Positions 25,775 to 40,172 are shown, counted from the first letter of the stretch. The stretch is DNA of 64,000 nt from Arenicellales bacterium (GCA_963665165.1 OY761989.1:1903734-1967733); one strand, 5' to 3'. The notes: generated from the sequence alone by a model not told the origin. A program made the numbers and translations.

Positions 25775-26899
25775 TCATACCGTGATCGCGATATTATCGC
25801 GATGGATCAATTCGGTCTCACCGCGATAACCCAGCACATTTTCCACCTGGTCACTGGCAATACCCAGAATCCTGCGTACTTCATCCGCATTGTAGTTGAC
25901 CAGGCCGCGGGCCACTTCATTCCCTGCCTGATCGAAACAGATCACGATTTCGCCCCGGGTAAAAGTTCCTTCCGCCGCAGTCACGCCAATCGGCAACAAA
26001 CTGCGCCCCTGCTCCTTCAGTACATTCACGGCGCCGTAATCCAGTACCAGCTTTCCATTCCCTCTGAGTTGTCCGGCCAACCACTGCTTTCTCGCCGCAA
26101 TCCTTCCCTTGCCGGGGATGAGCATGGTTCCCAGCTCTTCGCCTCGTCTGAGTTTCAGGAGAATGTCCGGTTCAAGCCCGGATGTAATCACCGTGGTTGA
26201 CCCGGACCGGGCCGCTTTTTGTGCCGCGGTCAGTTTCGTGACCATGCCGCCCCTGCCGAGCTCGCCTGCGGAACCCGCCATTTTCTGCAACGCAGGGTCG
26301 TCCGCCCGGCCATAATGAACCAGGTTCACCTGTCCGGATTCCCTGGGGTCTCCGTCATATAATCCCTGCTGGTCGGTCAGCAGAACCAGGCATTCCGCCT
26401 CCACCAGGTTGGCCGCCAGCGCCGCCAGCGTATCATTGTCACCGAACCGGATTTCCTCATTCACGACCGCGTCATTTTCATTGACGGTCGGTACGACACC
26501 CAGACTCAGCAACTCCCTTAATGTATTGCGCGCATTCAGGTATCGCTGCCGGTTGGCCAGATCGGCATGGGTAAGCAGAATTTGCGCCGTCAGTATGCCA
26601 TGATTTCGAAATGCGGCTTCGTAGCTTTGCACCAGAATCATCTGGCCCACCGCGGCCGCAGTTTGCACCCGGTGCACCTCTCCGGGCCGCTTGTCCCATC
26701 CCAATCGGCGCATGCCCTCGCCGATGGAACCGGAAGAGACCAGCACGACATCGACATCCTGCCGCTTCAGTTCCGCGATTTGCCTGACCCAGGAATGGAT
26801 CGCTTCCTGGTTCAATCCGGACTCGGAATCAGTAAGCAGTGAAGTGCCAATTTTAACGACCCACCGGGCTGAATCGGTCAGTACTTTTCTCGAACCCAT
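25775..26899 (-). CDS. proB: Glutamate 5-kinase (with PUA domain)
   Basis: VVKIGTSLLTD, VLVSSGSIGEG, PTVNENDAV, FGDNDTLAA, and a C-terminal PUA-like GEIVICFD...GLVNY. Confidence 0.95.
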   Translation of the reverse strand: MGSRKVLTDSARWVVKIGTSLLTDSESGLNQEAIHSWVRQIAELKRQDVDVVLVSSGSIGEGMRRLGWDKRPGEVHRVQTAAAVGQMILVQSYEAAFRNHGILTAQILLTHADLANRQRYLNARNTLRELLSLGVVPTVNENDAVVNEEIRFGDNDTLAALAANLVEAECLVLLTDQQGLYDGDPRESGQVNLVHYGRADDPALQKMAGSAGELGRGGMVTKLTAAQKAARSGSTTVITSGLEPDILLKLRRGEELGTMLIPGKGRIAARKQWLAGQLRGNGKLVLDYGAVNVLKEQGRSLLPIGVTAAEGTFTRGEIVICFDQAGNEVARGLVNYNADEVRRILGIASDQVENVLGYRGETELIHRDNIAITV

Positions 26900-26900
26900 T

Positions 26901-28007
<1,107 letters not shown>

Positions 28008-28011
28008 TCAG

Positions 28012-28052
28012 ACCAAAAACAGAAAACCCCGCCCTGGTGACAAAGCGGGGTT
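28012..28052 (-). terminator. Rho-independent terminator/attenuator between rpmA and obg
   Basis: The reverse strand shows AACCCCGC-(12 nt loop)-GCGGGGTT followed by TTCTGTTTTTGG. Confidence 0.55.
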
Positions 28053-28078
28053 CATTATTCCATATTGTTCCGGCTTGT

Positions 28079-28330
28079 TCAGATAACGCTGATCGTCTTG
28101 CGCTTGTTTGGCCCCTTTACCTCAAACAACACCTTGCCCGGAGCGGTGGCAAACAGTGTGTAATCCTTGCCGAGCCGGGCATTTTTGCCAGGGTGGAACC
28201 GGCTTCCCCTTTGTCTTACGATAATATTGCCCGCAAGTACTTGTTCTCCACCGAATTTTTTAACCCCCAGTCTTTTGGAGACCGAATCACGGCCGTTTCG
28301 CGAACTGCCGCCTGCTTTCTTGTGTGCCAT
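28079..28330 (-). CDS. rpmA: 50S ribosomal protein L27
   Basis: [42 protein letters not shown]. Confidence 0.97.
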   Translation of the reverse strand: MAHKKAGGSSRNGRDSVSKRLGVKKFGGEQVLAGNIIVRQRGSRFHPGKNARLGKDYTLFATAPGKVLFEVKGPNKRKTISVI

Positions 28331-28369
28331 GATAGACTCCTTACCGATACATGCGCCGGTATATGCCGA

Positions 28370-28759
28370 TTAATTCGCAGGCGCTTCGTCTGCCGCGCCC
28401 GCGGCTGGTTCCGATGACTGCGGTTGCTTTACAGGTTCGACTGCCGCCGCATTGCTGCCAATCCCGGTAATTTCTATTTCCGTGTAAGGCTGCCGGTGGC
28501 CCTGGGTGCGACGATAGTTTTTTCGCCGCTTCATTTTAAATACCTTGATCTTGCGCCGCTTGCCGTGAGACAGGACGGTCGCGTTGACCTGGCTGTCGAC
28601 CAGCGGAGTGCCCACCTTCACCTCGTCTTCGCCAGAGACCATCAAAACCCGGTCAATGCTCACTGAATCCCCTTCAGCAACCGGAATTTTCTCTATCTTG
28701 AGTTTATCCCCCACGGCAACCTTGTATTGTTTACCGCCGGTTTCGATGACTGCGTACAT
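28370..28759 (-). CDS. rplU: 50S ribosomal protein L21 (with Ala/Pro-rich C-terminal tail)
   Basis: MYAVIETGGKQYKVAVGDKLKIEKI...KIKVFKMKRRKNYRRTQGHRQPYTEIEI. Confidence 0.95.
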   Translation of the reverse strand: MYAVIETGGKQYKVAVGDKLKIEKIPVAEGDSVSIDRVLMVSGEDEVKVGTPLVDSQVNATVLSHGKRRKIKVFKMKRRKNYRRTQGHRQPYTEIEITGIGSNAAAVEPVKQPQSSEPAAGAADEAPAN

Positions 28760-28907
28760 GGTTCTGTATCTGACTGGTTAGAGGTTTCAGGGCCGCCGGA
28801 TTTTATCCGCCCCTGAACATACAGTCAATTGGTTTATTGTAACATTCGGACAATCCAGTCCTTCATTGTCGGCTAGAATAAGCGGTTACGAAATCCGGCC
28901 AACCAAT

Positions 28908-29930
28908 ATGTCACTCCTGAACCTGCAATCATCCGGCAACGACCCTGCCCAAAATCCGCGACTGATCCTGGATTCGGCCATTTCACTGGTCCGGACGGAA
29001 ATGAAAAATGTGGACCATATTATCCGGAACCGCCTGAAGTCCGACATTGCCCTGATCGATAACATGGGCGCCTATATCACGCAAAGCGGCGGCAAACGAC
29101 TTCGGCCACTCATCCTTTTGCTGAGCGCCCGTTGCTGCGGCTACCAGGGCAATCATCATATCCTGCTTTCGGCCATCATTGAGATGATCCATACCGCAAC
29201 CCTGCTGCATGATGATGTCGTTGACGCCTCGGTCACCCGCCGGGGACAGCCTACGGCCAATATCGCCTGGGGGAACGAAGCCAGTGTACTGGTCGGAGAT
29301 TTCCTGTATTCCAGGTCTTTCCAGATGATGGTGGAAATCGACAACATGGAAGTCATGAGGATTCTGGCCGAAACCACCAATGCCATGACACAAGGCGAAG
29401 TCATGCAATTGCTCAATGCCCATTCCGCTGACCTTACCGAAACCCAGTATTTCGATACCATTCACCGCAAAACGGCAAAGCTGTTTGAATCGTCCGCCCT
29501 GCTCGGCGGCAGTATCGCAAATCGTGAGAACGAAGTCTGCAAGGCGCTGGCGGACTATGGCATGTATCTGGGCACCGCGTTTCAAATGGTTGACGACATT
29601 CTGGATTATGACGCGCAAAGCAGGAAAATCGGAAAAGATGTCGGCGATGACCTCGCGGAAGGAAAGCCGACCCTGCCGTTGATTCATGCCTTGAAACAGT
29701 GTAATGACCGACAAAAACAGGTGATTACGACAGCGATTGAACAAGGTGACCGGGCCAGAATGAGCGAAATTCTGGCAATTGTCCGCTCCACCGGCGCCCT
29801 GGACTACACTTTCGAGCTGGCTCGATCCCAGGCCCGGCTGGCGCAGTCAGCCCTTGCCGGATTGCCCGACAACGAATACCGGACGGCGCTCGGCAAACTG
29901 GCGGAATTCTCCATCATCCGGCAATTTTAG
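28908..29930 (+). CDS. ispB: Octaprenyl diphosphate synthase (trans-polyprenyl diphosphate synthase)
   Basis: GGKRLRP, LLHDDVVD (first DDxxD) and FQMVDDILDY (second DDxxD). It is divergent from rplU-rpmA, as in E. coli. Confidence 0.9.
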   Translation: MSLLNLQSSGNDPAQNPRLILDSAISLVRTEMKNVDHIIRNRLKSDIALIDNMGAYITQSGGKRLRPLILLLSARCCGYQGNHHILLSAIIEMIHTATLLHDDVVDASVTRRGQPTANIAWGNEASVLVGDFLYSRSFQMMVEIDNMEVMRILAETTNAMTQGEVMQLLNAHSADLTETQYFDTIHRKTAKLFESSALLGGSIANRENEVCKALADYGMYLGTAFQMVDDILDYDAQSRKIGKDVGDDLAEGKPTLPLIHALKQCNDRQKQVITTAIEQGDRARMSEILAIVRSTGALDYTFELARSQARLAQSALAGLPDNEYRTALGKLAEFSIIRQF

Positions 29931-29957
29931 CCAGCGCGCCGATGTCGGCCTGCCGAT

Positions 29958-31451
29958 TCAGTCCGGCCAGAGATCCAGCAATTCAGCGGTAGCCCGTCTC
30001 CAGGATTTGGCCCGGGTGATCGCCGAAATCATCGCGACCGAACCCACCCCGCTGGATTTCAGTTCCCGCGCCCTTTCCAGATCGATGCCGCCGATGGCGA
30101 CCAGCGGCCAACGTCCATCCAGGAGTTCCACCCAGTAACGCACCTTCCCGGGACCCTGTGGCGCGAATGACATCACCTTGCTGGTGGTATGGTGGACCGG
30201 ACCGATTGCAATATAACTCGGATCGAGATCAATCGCCGCAGCCATTTCCCAATGACTGTGAGTGGACACGCCCAGGCGCAGCCCGGATTCGGCTATCCGG
30301 TCCAGGTCGGAGCGCTGGATATCCTCCTGGCCCAGGTGGACACCGTAAGCCCGGCGCCTGATCGCCAGGTGCCAATGGTCATTGATGAACAATCTGGCCC
30401 CGGCCCGGCCAGCGCTTTCCACTGCATCGATGATTTCCGCCTCGATACGCCGCTCACTGGCATTCTTGATGCGCAACTGGATCGTTCGCACTCCGGTTTC
30501 GAGCAAACGGCGTACCCAGTCGGCGCTATCGACTACCGGGTAGATTCCGAGCCGGTCGGTATCGCATCTGGCAAAGGTCCGTTCTTTCTTCTGTGGATTT
30601 CCGTAACGCAATTTTGGCAGTTGCCGATAATGGACCGGCCACGGCTGGCACGATTGAAACCTCATTCCGCCCAGTTGATAATGATGTCCGATGTTGCGCC
30701 CGGTCACGCTCCTCGCCAGAATGATGGCATCCCGCAGGTCATGCCCCAGCGCCATGGCTCCGGCAATGGCCGTAGCCAGGGTACAGCCCGTGCCTCTGAC
30801 TGAATCCCCTTTTTTCATCCGCTGACTGGCTATCCAGAAACTTTCATCGCCATTGTTGAAATAGTCGTAACACTCATTTTCGGCATCGCCGAACACCGTA
30901 TCATCCAGATGTCCGCCCTTGATCAACAGGCTGGACACTCCGGATTCCAGTATCCGCGATGCAGCGGCAACCAGATCATCGCGGCAACTGATCCTCATCC
31001 CGGCCAGCGCCTGCGCTTCAGCGATATTGGGAGTCAGCAGGGTAATCCTGCCTGCCGCCTGCGTGATACCCCTGCGAACCGTTTCGGCGGCAGCCAGGGT
31101 CCCGCCCGACGAACTGGCCATTACCGGGTCCCAGATCAACGGGCAGCCAAACCGATCCTGCAACGAACAGACAGCCTGTATCTGTCCGCTATCGCAGACC
31201 AGACCGGCCTTGATGGCGCGCGGGGCAAATTCGGATTGAATGCATTCCAGTTGCCGGTCGAACTGGTCCCCGGTCACCGCTCTGCACAATGAAACCCCAT
31301 GACTGTTCTGGGCCGTAACGGCGCTGACCGCGAAAAACCCATGCAATCCCAGGGTTTGCAAAACGCGATTGTCGAGATGAACGCCGGCGCCGGATGTCGG
31401 GTCTGTCCCACCGACCACCAGTACGGCCTGCTCGCCCGGATGATAAGCCAA
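29958..31451 (-). CDS. thiDE: Fused hydroxymethylpyrimidine/phosphomethylpyrimidine kinase (ThiD) and thiamine-phosphate synthase (ThiE)
   Basis: The N-terminal half shows VLVVGGTDPTSGAGVHLD...TAQNS...GTGCTLATAIA (ThiD). The C-terminal half shows LGIYPVVDS...IQLRIKN...FINDHW...GVHLGQED...GVSTH...YIAIGPV (ThiE). A TTG at 31451 just after the thiG stop is the likeliest start. The longer ORF to 31601 would overlap thiG by 149 nt. Confidence 0.85.
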   Translation of the reverse strand: MAYHPGEQAVLVVGGTDPTSGAGVHLDNRVLQTLGLHGFFAVSAVTAQNSHGVSLCRAVTGDQFDRQLECIQSEFAPRAIKAGLVCDSGQIQAVCSLQDRFGCPLIWDPVMASSSGGTLAAAETVRRGITQAAGRITLLTPNIAEAQALAGMRISCRDDLVAAASRILESGVSSLLIKGGHLDDTVFGDAENECYDYFNNGDESFWIASQRMKKGDSVRGTGCTLATAIAGAMALGHDLRDAIILARSVTGRNIGHHYQLGGMRFQSCQPWPVHYRQLPKLRYGNPQKKERTFARCDTDRLGIYPVVDSADWVRRLLETGVRTIQLRIKNASERRIEAEIIDAVESAGRAGARLFINDHWHLAIRRRAYGVHLGQEDIQRSDLDRIAESGLRLGVSTHSHWEMAAAIDLDPSYIAIGPVHHTTSKVMSFAPQGPGKVRYWVELLDGRWPLVAIGGIDLERARELKSSGVGSVAMISAITRAKSWRRATAELLDLWPD

Positions 31452-31452
31452 T

Positions 31453-32292
31453 CTACCGGGAAGTCCGATGCCAGAAAGGCATGCCCACGGTCGGCGTACT
31501 CGGCGAGGCATTCTGCCGCTTGCGAATGACGCCAGCCTGGAAGGCCAGCCGCCCGGCGATGACCGCGCCCCGAAAGGAATCCGCCATGCGGACCGGGTCA
31601 ACCGCTTTCGCCACGGCCGTATTCAGCAATACGCCATCGTAACCCATTTCCATGGCCTGGCAGGCATCGGAAGGTTTCCCCAGGCCGGCATCGACAATCA
31701 GCCTGGTCTCGGGCAGACGATCACGAATGGTCTCCAGCGCATACGGATTGATCAGGCCCTGGCCGGTGCCGATCGGCGACCCCCAGGGCATGACCACCTC
31801 ACATCCCGCTTCCGCCAGGGTTCTGCATAAAACCAGGTCATCCGTACAATAGGGGAATACATTGAAATCCAGGGCAAGCAGTTTTTCCGTGGCCTCGACC
31901 AGTTTCAGAGGATCGGGTTGCAGATTGTAATCGTCGCCGATCACTTCCAGCTTGATCCAGTTGGTGGAGAAAAGCTCCCGACTCATCTGCGCCAGGGCAA
32001 CGGCTTCCTTGACACTGTGGCAACCCGCGGTATTCGGCAGGATATGAATACCCAGGGCGCGCAACCCGTCCCAGAACTGGTTCCCGCTTTGCTGCTCCGG
32101 GGATTGACGTCGCAAGGATACGGTAATCACCTGTGCCCCGGATTTTTCCACCGCCTTCTGCAAAACCAGCGGGGACGGGTATTGAGCGCTGCCAATCAGA
32201 AACCGGCTTTGCAGCGGGATGCCGTAGACCTCCCAGCCATCGGAACACGGGTCCGGGGCTATCCGGTTCCGGGTGTTTACTTCATCCAGCAT
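31453..32292 (-). CDS. thiG: Thiazole synthase
   Basis: [41 protein letters not shown] and VDAGLG are ThiG signatures. Confidence 0.95.
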   Translation of the reverse strand: MLDEVNTRNRIAPDPCSDGWEVYGIPLQSRFLIGSAQYPSPLVLQKAVEKSGAQVITVSLRRQSPEQQSGNQFWDGLRALGIHILPNTAGCHSVKEAVALAQMSRELFSTNWIKLEVIGDDYNLQPDPLKLVEATEKLLALDFNVFPYCTDDLVLCRTLAEAGCEVVMPWGSPIGTGQGLINPYALETIRDRLPETRLIVDAGLGKPSDACQAMEMGYDGVLLNTAVAKAVDPVRMADSFRGAVIAGRLAFQAGVIRKRQNASPSTPTVGMPFWHRTSR

Positions 32293-32315
32293 GATCCAGC
32301 CGCCATAACTGTCCG

Positions 32316-32528
32316 TCAGCCGCCGGAAACAGGCCGCACGATGTCGATCAGGTCCTGGTCTTCGAGCATCCGGATATCGTATTGTTCGCGGGGAACGAAT
32401 GTGCTGTTGACCGCCACCGCAAACGGCGCTGCCTCCACATTGTATCCGCAGGAATCCAGCAGGGCCGCGAGTGTGGACTCCGGCACAACCTGCATGGCGC
32501 GATTATTGAGACTAACCGTAATTTTCAT
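32316..32528 (-). CDS. thiS: Sulfur carrier protein ThiS
   Basis: 70 aa with a ubiquitin-like fold and a C-terminal ...VRPVSGG. Confidence 0.9.
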   Translation of the reverse strand: MKITVSLNNRAMQVVPESTLAALLDSCGYNVEAAPFAVAVNSTFVPREQYDIRMLEDQDLIDIVRPVSGG

Positions 32529-33636
32529 CCTTCACGTCCGCATTGAATGATTCGAACAACTGGCCGAACCGGATCCGCCCGATATCGCCATCGATGTAAT
32601 TCTGGACATCCGCCAGCAATGCGGGAGCAAAAAGATAGCCATGCCGGTACAGGCCATTCACGGAAACAGTGCGGCCGCAGACACGCACCCGCGGCATATT
32701 GTCGGGATAGGCCGGTCGGCAGTTTGCCTCCATCGACAGAATCCGCGCTTCAGCGAAACCACTGTGGACAATATACAGCGCGGACAATAATTCAAGCGCC
32801 GAACGAACGGTCACATCGTGCATCGCGTCGCTTTCTATTTCCGTGGCTCCAATCACATAAACATGGTTGCCGTGGGGCGCCACATAGAGCGGATACCTGG
32901 GATGAATCAATCGAATGGTTCTCCGGATATTCACTTCCGGGGCGTAAACCCGGATCAGTTCCCCCCGCACCCCTCTCAAATCGGCCTGGGAAATCCCGCA
33001 AACGCCAGATGATTCATTGAACGCGCCCAGCCCCCGGCAATCGATCACCCAGTCAAAACGGCCGGATTGCCAGACCTCCGACAAACAGGACACCGGATGA
33101 TTTTCAAGCCAATCGACACCGTATTTCTCCAGAGCCTCGTTCAGCGCCTGGTAAAGCTGGTGATTGGACAATACCGCCTCATCCGGGAAATAGCTCGCCT
33201 CCGCGAATCGCTCGGCCAGCCCGGGCTCGAGAACACGGATACACTGGCGGTCCAGCCGTTGAAAACTCGACTCCCCGAGTTTTGAGGCCGCCATCGAGTT
33301 GAATCCACACCAGTCCTCCCGATCCGAACCGTGCGCGACCACCAGGGTCCCCAGGGCGCGGTAATAAATCGGAACCGCCGTGCATTTCTCCAGGTCTGCA
33401 ATTATTTTCGGCCACAATTCCATGCTTGCGACACCGATGTCACGCACGATCCCGTCTTTCAGCGCCGCCTCGGTATAAGGCGCGATCATGGCCGCCGCAG
33501 TCAATCCGGCGCTGGTTCTGCCCTGGCGGTCGCGGCTTTCGACCAGGGTAACCGGGCGCCCCTTGCGGAGCAGTTGCCAGGCCAGCAATCTGCCCGCCAG
33601 CCCGGCGCCGACAATCGCAAATGATTGCCCTTGCAT
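32512..33636 (-). CDS. thiO: Glycine oxidase ThiO (FAD-dependent)
   Basis: FAIVGAGLAGRLLAWQL (GxGxxG), a DAO-family layout, and a position between thiC and thiS. Confidence 0.8.
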   Translation of the reverse strand: MQGQSFAIVGAGLAGRLLAWQLLRKGRPVTLVESRDRQGRTSAGLTAAAMIAPYTEAALKDGIVRDIGVASMELWPKIIADLEKCTAVPIYYRALGTLVVAHGSDREDWCGFNSMAASKLGESSFQRLDRQCIRVLEPGLAERFAEASYFPDEAVLSNHQLYQALNEALEKYGVDWLENHPVSCLSEVWQSGRFDWVIDCRGLGAFNESSGVCGISQADLRGVRGELIRVYAPEVNIRRTIRLIHPRYPLYVAPHGNHVYVIGATEIESDAMHDVTVRSALELLSALYIVHSGFAEARILSMEANCRPAYPDNMPRVRVCGRTVSVNGLYRHGYLFAPALLADVQNYIDGDIGRIRFGQLFESFNADVKDENYG

Positions 33637-33642
33637 CAGAAC

Positions 33643-35580
<1,938 letters not shown>

Positions 35581-35629
35581 TCATGGCTCGTGTTTGTCGG
35601 GGAACCGGAGGCAACCGACTACCGAATTG

Positions 35630-35710
35630 CTGCTTGTTTCCTACGGAGGTTCTAGCCTCTTCAGGTTCTACGGGTTTTATCTCAGCCTGTGCAGCACCCC
35701 GACAAGTACG
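35630..35710 (-). ncRNA. TPP (THI-box) riboswitch in the thiC leader
   Basis: The reverse strand reads CGGGGTGCTGCACAGGCTGAGATAAAACCCGTAGAACCTGAAGAGGCTAGAACCTCCGTAGGAAAC. It contains the conserved GGGGUGC, CUGAGA, ACCC, GAACCUGA and CGUAGGAA elements. Confidence 0.85.
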
Positions 35711-35912
35711 TGGAATGGTAGCAGAATCCGGTTTGCATGTCCATTGATTGTCGCCCGCCCCCCAACTGTGGTACAGTTTGTCGCTCGGTTGGAACTTATC
35801 TTCAAGAGTCATGCTTATCGGTACTATCGGCTCACTGGCAACGATGCCGGAGTCAGCGCAATACGCTGTAGTGTCATGGCCGTCCGGTCCGTCCGGTTGT
35901 CGTGGTTTGTAG

Positions 35913-36416
35913 ATGGCGGCCTGGGTCGACAAGGATGGATACAGGAAGAATGTAGGTATTATCGTTTGTAATCACGCCCAGCAGGTCTTGTGGGCGAGGC
36001 GCTCCCGCCACGACGGCTGGCAATTTCCACAGGGAGGGGTTGAACCTGAGGAATCACCGCGTGAAGCGGCGTTCCGGGAACTCTACGAAGAACTCGGTCT
36101 TGCACGAAAGGATGTCAGGCTGCTGGGTAATACCGGAAGATGGCTGCGCTATGATGTGCCGTATGCCATTCGGTCCCGGCGTTATTTGCAGCACAGGCAA
36201 TTCCGCGGACAGAAACAACGGTGGTTCCTGTTTCAACTGATTGCCCAGGAATCCCGGGTTCGGCTGGATATTTCCGAAAAGCCGGAATTCGATTGCTGGG
36301 AATGGGTGGATTACTGGCAGCCGCTCGACCAGATCGTGGAATTCAAGAGGCAGGTCTACAAAAAAGCGCTGACTGAACTGGAACCGTTGTTGAGCCGCGA
36401 AAATTCATATTCCTGA
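35913..36416 (+). CDS. rppH: RNA pyrophosphohydrolase (Nudix)
   Basis: DKDGYRKNVGIIVCN...WQFPQGGVEPEESPREAAFRELYEELGL (Nudix box) plus WFLFQL. Confidence 0.9.
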   Translation: MAAWVDKDGYRKNVGIIVCNHAQQVLWARRSRHDGWQFPQGGVEPEESPREAAFRELYEELGLARKDVRLLGNTGRWLRYDVPYAIRSRRYLQHRQFRGQKQRWFLFQLIAQESRVRLDISEKPEFDCWEWVDYWQPLDQIVEFKRQVYKKALTELEPLLSRENSYS

Positions 36417-36464
36417 TCCGGCTTGCTCCCAACTCCTTTTCGTCATTCCCAACCCTTTTCCGTT

Positions 36465-37859
36465 TTACTCGCCCGCCACCGTCAGATTCTCGATCAGAAT
36501 GGACCCGGCCCGGATGTTTTTTCGCAGGTCCATGTCCGAGCCGACTGCGGTGATCGCCTTGAACATCTCTTTCAGGTTGCCGGCAATGGTGAACTCCTGT
36601 ACAGGATACTGGATTTCCCCGTTCTCTACCCAGAAACCGAACGCGCCCCGTGAATAATCTCCGGTTACCGTATTTACGCCAAAGCCGATCAACTCACTGA
36701 CCACAACCCCCCGGCCCATATCCCGGATCATCTCTTCCAGGTTGCCGGGAGCGCCGGAATGGCCCGGATTCGCGCTGACGAGTGTCAGGTTATGCACTCC
36801 TCCCGCGTTGCCCGTGGTTTGCATGCCCAGTTTCCGGGCGGAATAACTGTTCAGCAGATAGTTTTCGAGCACCCCGTCACAAACAATCCGGTTCGGACGC
36901 GTGGCCACCCCTTCGTTATCGAAAACCGCGCTGCCCATCGCCCTGGAAAGATGGGGTTGCTCCACGATTTCCGTGCCGCACGGAAAAATACGCTGACCCT
37001 TGTGATCCAGCAGGAAGCTCGCCTTGCGATACAGGCTGGAGCCCTTGATGGCAGAGACCAGATGAGAAACCAGGCTGGATGAAACACTGGAATCGAAAAT
37101 CACCGGGTACTCTCCGGTCCTGATCTTGCGGGCGCCGAGTCTGTGAACGGTTCTCCTGGCAGCCTCGAGTCCGATTGCGTCGGCGCAAATCAGGTCATCC
37201 GCGTGACGCTTGCTGTCATACCAGTAATCACGATGCATATCCTCACCCGCCCCGGCAATCACCGAACAACCGATACTGTGCCAGCTTCCTCGCGACAACC
37301 CGAAAAAGCCGTAGGAATTCGCCAGCATACTGACCCCGTTGTGGCTGGATACGGTCGATCCTTCGGTGTTGCTGATCCGGGAATCACTGTCCATGGCGAC
37401 CGTTTCACAGTTCGTCGCAATTTCGATCATCCGGTCCACCGGGACCGACCACGGGTGATTCAGATCGAGGTCCGGGAATTCGGTGGCAAGCAGCTCAACA
37501 TCCGCCAATCCGTTAAACGGATCCTCTTCCGTATACCTGGCGATATTACACGCTGAATGGACGCAGGAGCGGATCGCTTCACCCGAAAAATCCGTGGAGG
37601 AGGCCGTGCCGCTGCGATGCCCGAAATAGACCGTCAGCCCGATATTCTTGTCCCGGTTATGCTCAACGGTTTCAACCTCTCCGTGCCGGACGGTCACAGA
37701 TCGGCCCTGCTCCTGGGTTATCGACACTTCCGCCCGGTCCGTGCCCAGTAGTTTGGCCTGTTCCAATGCGCTGGACGCGACATCGACCAGACTTCGCTCT
37801 ATATCGGATTGCACATCAGGAAGCCATGCCGGGCGCGGCTCCTGATTGGACCGGGCCAT
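36465..37859 (-). CDS. pmbA: Metalloprotease PmbA (TldE)
   Basis: PmbA/TldD-fold blocks are present (TGNAGGVHNL, GDYSRGAFGFWVENGEIQYPV, GSILIE). The ATG at 37859 overlaps the tldD stop by 1 nt. Confidence 0.85.
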   Translation of the reverse strand: MARSNQEPRPAWLPDVQSDIERSLVDVASSALEQAKLLGTDRAEVSITQEQGRSVTVRHGEVETVEHNRDKNIGLTVYFGHRSGTASSTDFSGEAIRSCVHSACNIARYTEEDPFNGLADVELLATEFPDLDLNHPWSVPVDRMIEIATNCETVAMDSDSRISNTEGSTVSSHNGVSMLANSYGFFGLSRGSWHSIGCSVIAGAGEDMHRDYWYDSKRHADDLICADAIGLEAARRTVHRLGARKIRTGEYPVIFDSSVSSSLVSHLVSAIKGSSLYRKASFLLDHKGQRIFPCGTEIVEQPHLSRAMGSAVFDNEGVATRPNRIVCDGVLENYLLNSYSARKLGMQTTGNAGGVHNLTLVSANPGHSGAPGNLEEMIRDMGRGVVVSELIGFGVNTVTGDYSRGAFGFWVENGEIQYPVQEFTIAGNLKEMFKAITAVGSDMDLRKNIRAGSILIENLTVAGE

Positions 37860-39307
37860 CAGACCGCCACCCCGCCCACGGTAAGCCCGTCTATACGCAT
37901 GGTGGGCTGGCCCACACCGACCGGAACGCTCTGCCCGTCTTTTCCGCAAACCCCTACTCCGGAGTCCAGCGCCAGATCATTACCGACCATGGATACCCGG
38001 GTCAGTACTTCCGGGCCATTGCCGATCAGGGTTGCCCCCTTGACCGGCCAGGTCACCCTGCCTTTTTCGATCAGGTAGGCTTCAGAAGCGCTGAAGACGA
38101 ATTTCCCGGAAGTGATATCGACCTGCCCGCCCCCGAAATTAACCGCGTACAGCCCTTTATCCACCGACGCGATAATCTCTTCAGGATCATGATTTCCGTT
38201 ATGCATATAGGTATTGGTCATTCTCGGCATCGGTAAATGCGCGTAGGATTCCCTGCGGCCATTGCCCGTCGGCGCCATGCCCATCAGGCGCGCGTTCAGA
38301 TTATCCTGCATGTAGCCGGTCAGGATTCCATTCTCGATCAGTACCGTATCCTGGGCAGGCGTCCCCTCGTCATCGATCGACAACGATCCGCGACGATTCG
38401 CAATGGTGCCGTCATCCACCACGGTGCACAGTTCGGAGGCCACCTTTTCCCCGATCCGGCCACTGAAGGCCGAAGTGCCCTTGCGATTGAAATCCCCTTC
38501 CAGCCCGTGCCCGATCGCTTCATGCAACAGGATCCCCGGCCAGCCCGGTCCGAGCACGACCACCATTTCCCCGGCCGGAGCTTCCCTCGAATCCAGCGAA
38601 ACCAGCGCCTGGCGGACCGCCTCTTCCGCATATCCGTGCGCACGATTGCCTTCGGTGAAAAAGTCGTATCCATAGCGTCCGCCGCCACCGGCGGAACCCT
38701 GTTCCAGTCTGCCGTTATGCTCGACAATGACCTGGACGTTCATTCGAACCAGCGGACGGATGTCCGCGGCCAGTATGCCGTCAGACCGGACCACCATCAC
38801 CACATCCTGCAAACCGGCCAGGCTGACCATAACCTGCGAGATGCGGCTGTCGATTGCCCTGGCTGTTTGTTCGACTTCCTTCAACAACGCCACCTTGTCT
38901 TCATCCTGCATCGAGGCAGGCGGATTGAATGGCTGGTACAAACGGGCAACCGGCTGGTCGTGGGGCTGGATTTTTATGATACTGTCATGGCTGCCGCTGC
39001 GGGCGATGGCCCTGGCCGTATCCGCGGCGCTGGTCAAGGCTGGCAGGAGGAGTTCATCGGTGTAGGCAAACCCTGTTTTTTCGCCGCTGACCGCCCGGAT
39101 CCCGACCCCCTGGTCAATGCTGTAGCTCCCCGACTTGACGGTTCCCTCGTCCAGCGACCAGGATTCCCGACGGGAATGCTGGAAATACAGATCCGCATAG
39201 TCGATCTTCGGCCCCATCACCTGGTTGATGGTCCGGGTCAGGGCATGGTCGCCCAACCCGGTCGGTTCGAGCAATACCTGCATCGCGGTTTGAATCTGGT
39301 CAGACAT
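37859..39307 (-). CDS. tldD: Metalloprotease TldD
   Basis: [15 protein letters not shown] (HExxxH-type site), [15 protein letters not shown] and [11 protein letters not shown]. The start is taken at MSDQIQ (39307), after the upstream gene's stop at 39333. Confidence 0.9.
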   Translation of the reverse strand: MSDQIQTAMQVLLEPTGLGDHALTRTINQVMGPKIDYADLYFQHSRRESWSLDEGTVKSGSYSIDQGVGIRAVSGEKTGFAYTDELLLPALTSAADTARAIARSGSHDSIIKIQPHDQPVARLYQPFNPPASMQDEDKVALLKEVEQTARAIDSRISQVMVSLAGLQDVVMVVRSDGILAADIRPLVRMNVQVIVEHNGRLEQGSAGGGGRYGYDFFTEGNRAHGYAEEAVRQALVSLDSREAPAGEMVVVLGPGWPGILLHEAIGHGLEGDFNRKGTSAFSGRIGEKVASELCTVVDDGTIANRRGSLSIDDEGTPAQDTVLIENGILTGYMQDNLNARLMGMAPTGNGRRESYAHLPMPRMTNTYMHNGNHDPEEIIASVDKGLYAVNFGGGQVDITSGKFVFSASEAYLIEKGRVTWPVKGATLIGNGPEVLTRVSMVGNDLALDSGVGVCGKDGQSVPVGVGQPTMRIDGLTVGGVAV

Positions 39308-39332
39308 GGGCGGGCTGGAAATGGATTCAAGA

Positions 39333-40172
39333 TCAAAACAGGTCGAAACGGCAATTTGCACGCGAAGGCAGTTGTTGGCGAACGAGACGCAGTTGTTCCG
39401 GATCGATCCTGCTGTAGACACTGCCCCAACCTGTTTCCAGTTCGGCGGCGGTGTTTCCCCAAGGATCAATTATAACAGTATGCCCCCAGGTTTTGCGTTT
39501 TTTGTTGTGTTGCCCGTATTGCGCCGGAGCCACGACATAACAACTGTTTTCTATCGCTCTGGCCCTTAATAACGGCATCCAGTGGTCCTTCCCGGTGGTA
39601 TGGGCGAAAGCGGAAGGCACGACCAGTATTTCGGCGCCCCTTCGCACAAGCTGGCGATAGAGTTCCGGGAACCGAAGGTCATAACATATGGACAGACCGA
39701 TTCTGCCCGCGGGTGTATCGACCACTTCGAGCCGGTCCCCCGGCAAGGTGTAATCGGATTCGCAATAACGTTCGCCGTTCGCAAGAGACACATCGAACAG
39801 AAAAATCTTGTCATAGCGGGCCACCCGCTGCCCGTGGTTGTCATAGACCAGCAGGGAGTTGGCGATCTTGCCGGGGTCGCTGGAACGCATCGGCACACTG
39901 CCGCCCAGAATCCAGATGTCGTACTGTTTCGCGATCCGGGACAGGAATTCCTGAATTTTGCCTTCACCGTCCGGCTCGGCGCATTGCAGCAGTTGGGCAA
40001 CGCTGGATGGCATCAGGCCAAAGCATTCAGGCAATACAACCACCTGACTGCCCGTTTCGTCCAGCCGCTCGCGACCCGGTTGACAGGCGCGGGCAATATG
40101 TTCCGTCAGCGCCGCCAGATTGCGGTCGATGTCGTCGCCCGAATTGGTCTGGATTGCGATTATTGCGCCCAT
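39333..40172 (-). CDS. Carbon-nitrogen hydrolase family protein (nitrilase superfamily)
   Basis: VVVLPECF (catalytic Glu), KIFLFD (Lys region) and [14 protein letters not shown] (catalytic Cys). Confidence 0.85.
   Translation of the reverse strand: MGAIIAIQTNSGDDIDRNLAALTEHIARACQPGRERLDETGSQVVVLPECFGLMPSSVAQLLQCAEPDGEGKIQEFLSRIAKQYDIWILGGSVPMRSSDPGKIANSLLVYDNHGQRVARYDKIFLFDVSLANGERYCESDYTLPGDRLEVVDTPAGRIGLSICYDLRFPELYRQLVRRGAEILVVPSAFAHTTGKDHWMPLLRARAIENSCYVVAPAQYGQHNKKRKTWGHTVIIDPWGNTAAELETGWGSVYSRIDPEQLRLVRQQLPSRANCRFDLF

Noticed and set aside
28370-28450. L21 carries a ~26-aa Ala/Pro/Glu-rich C-terminal tail not present in E. coli L21.
   Set aside because: Low-complexity tails on ribosomal proteins are common lineage-specific features and give no evidence of a separate function.
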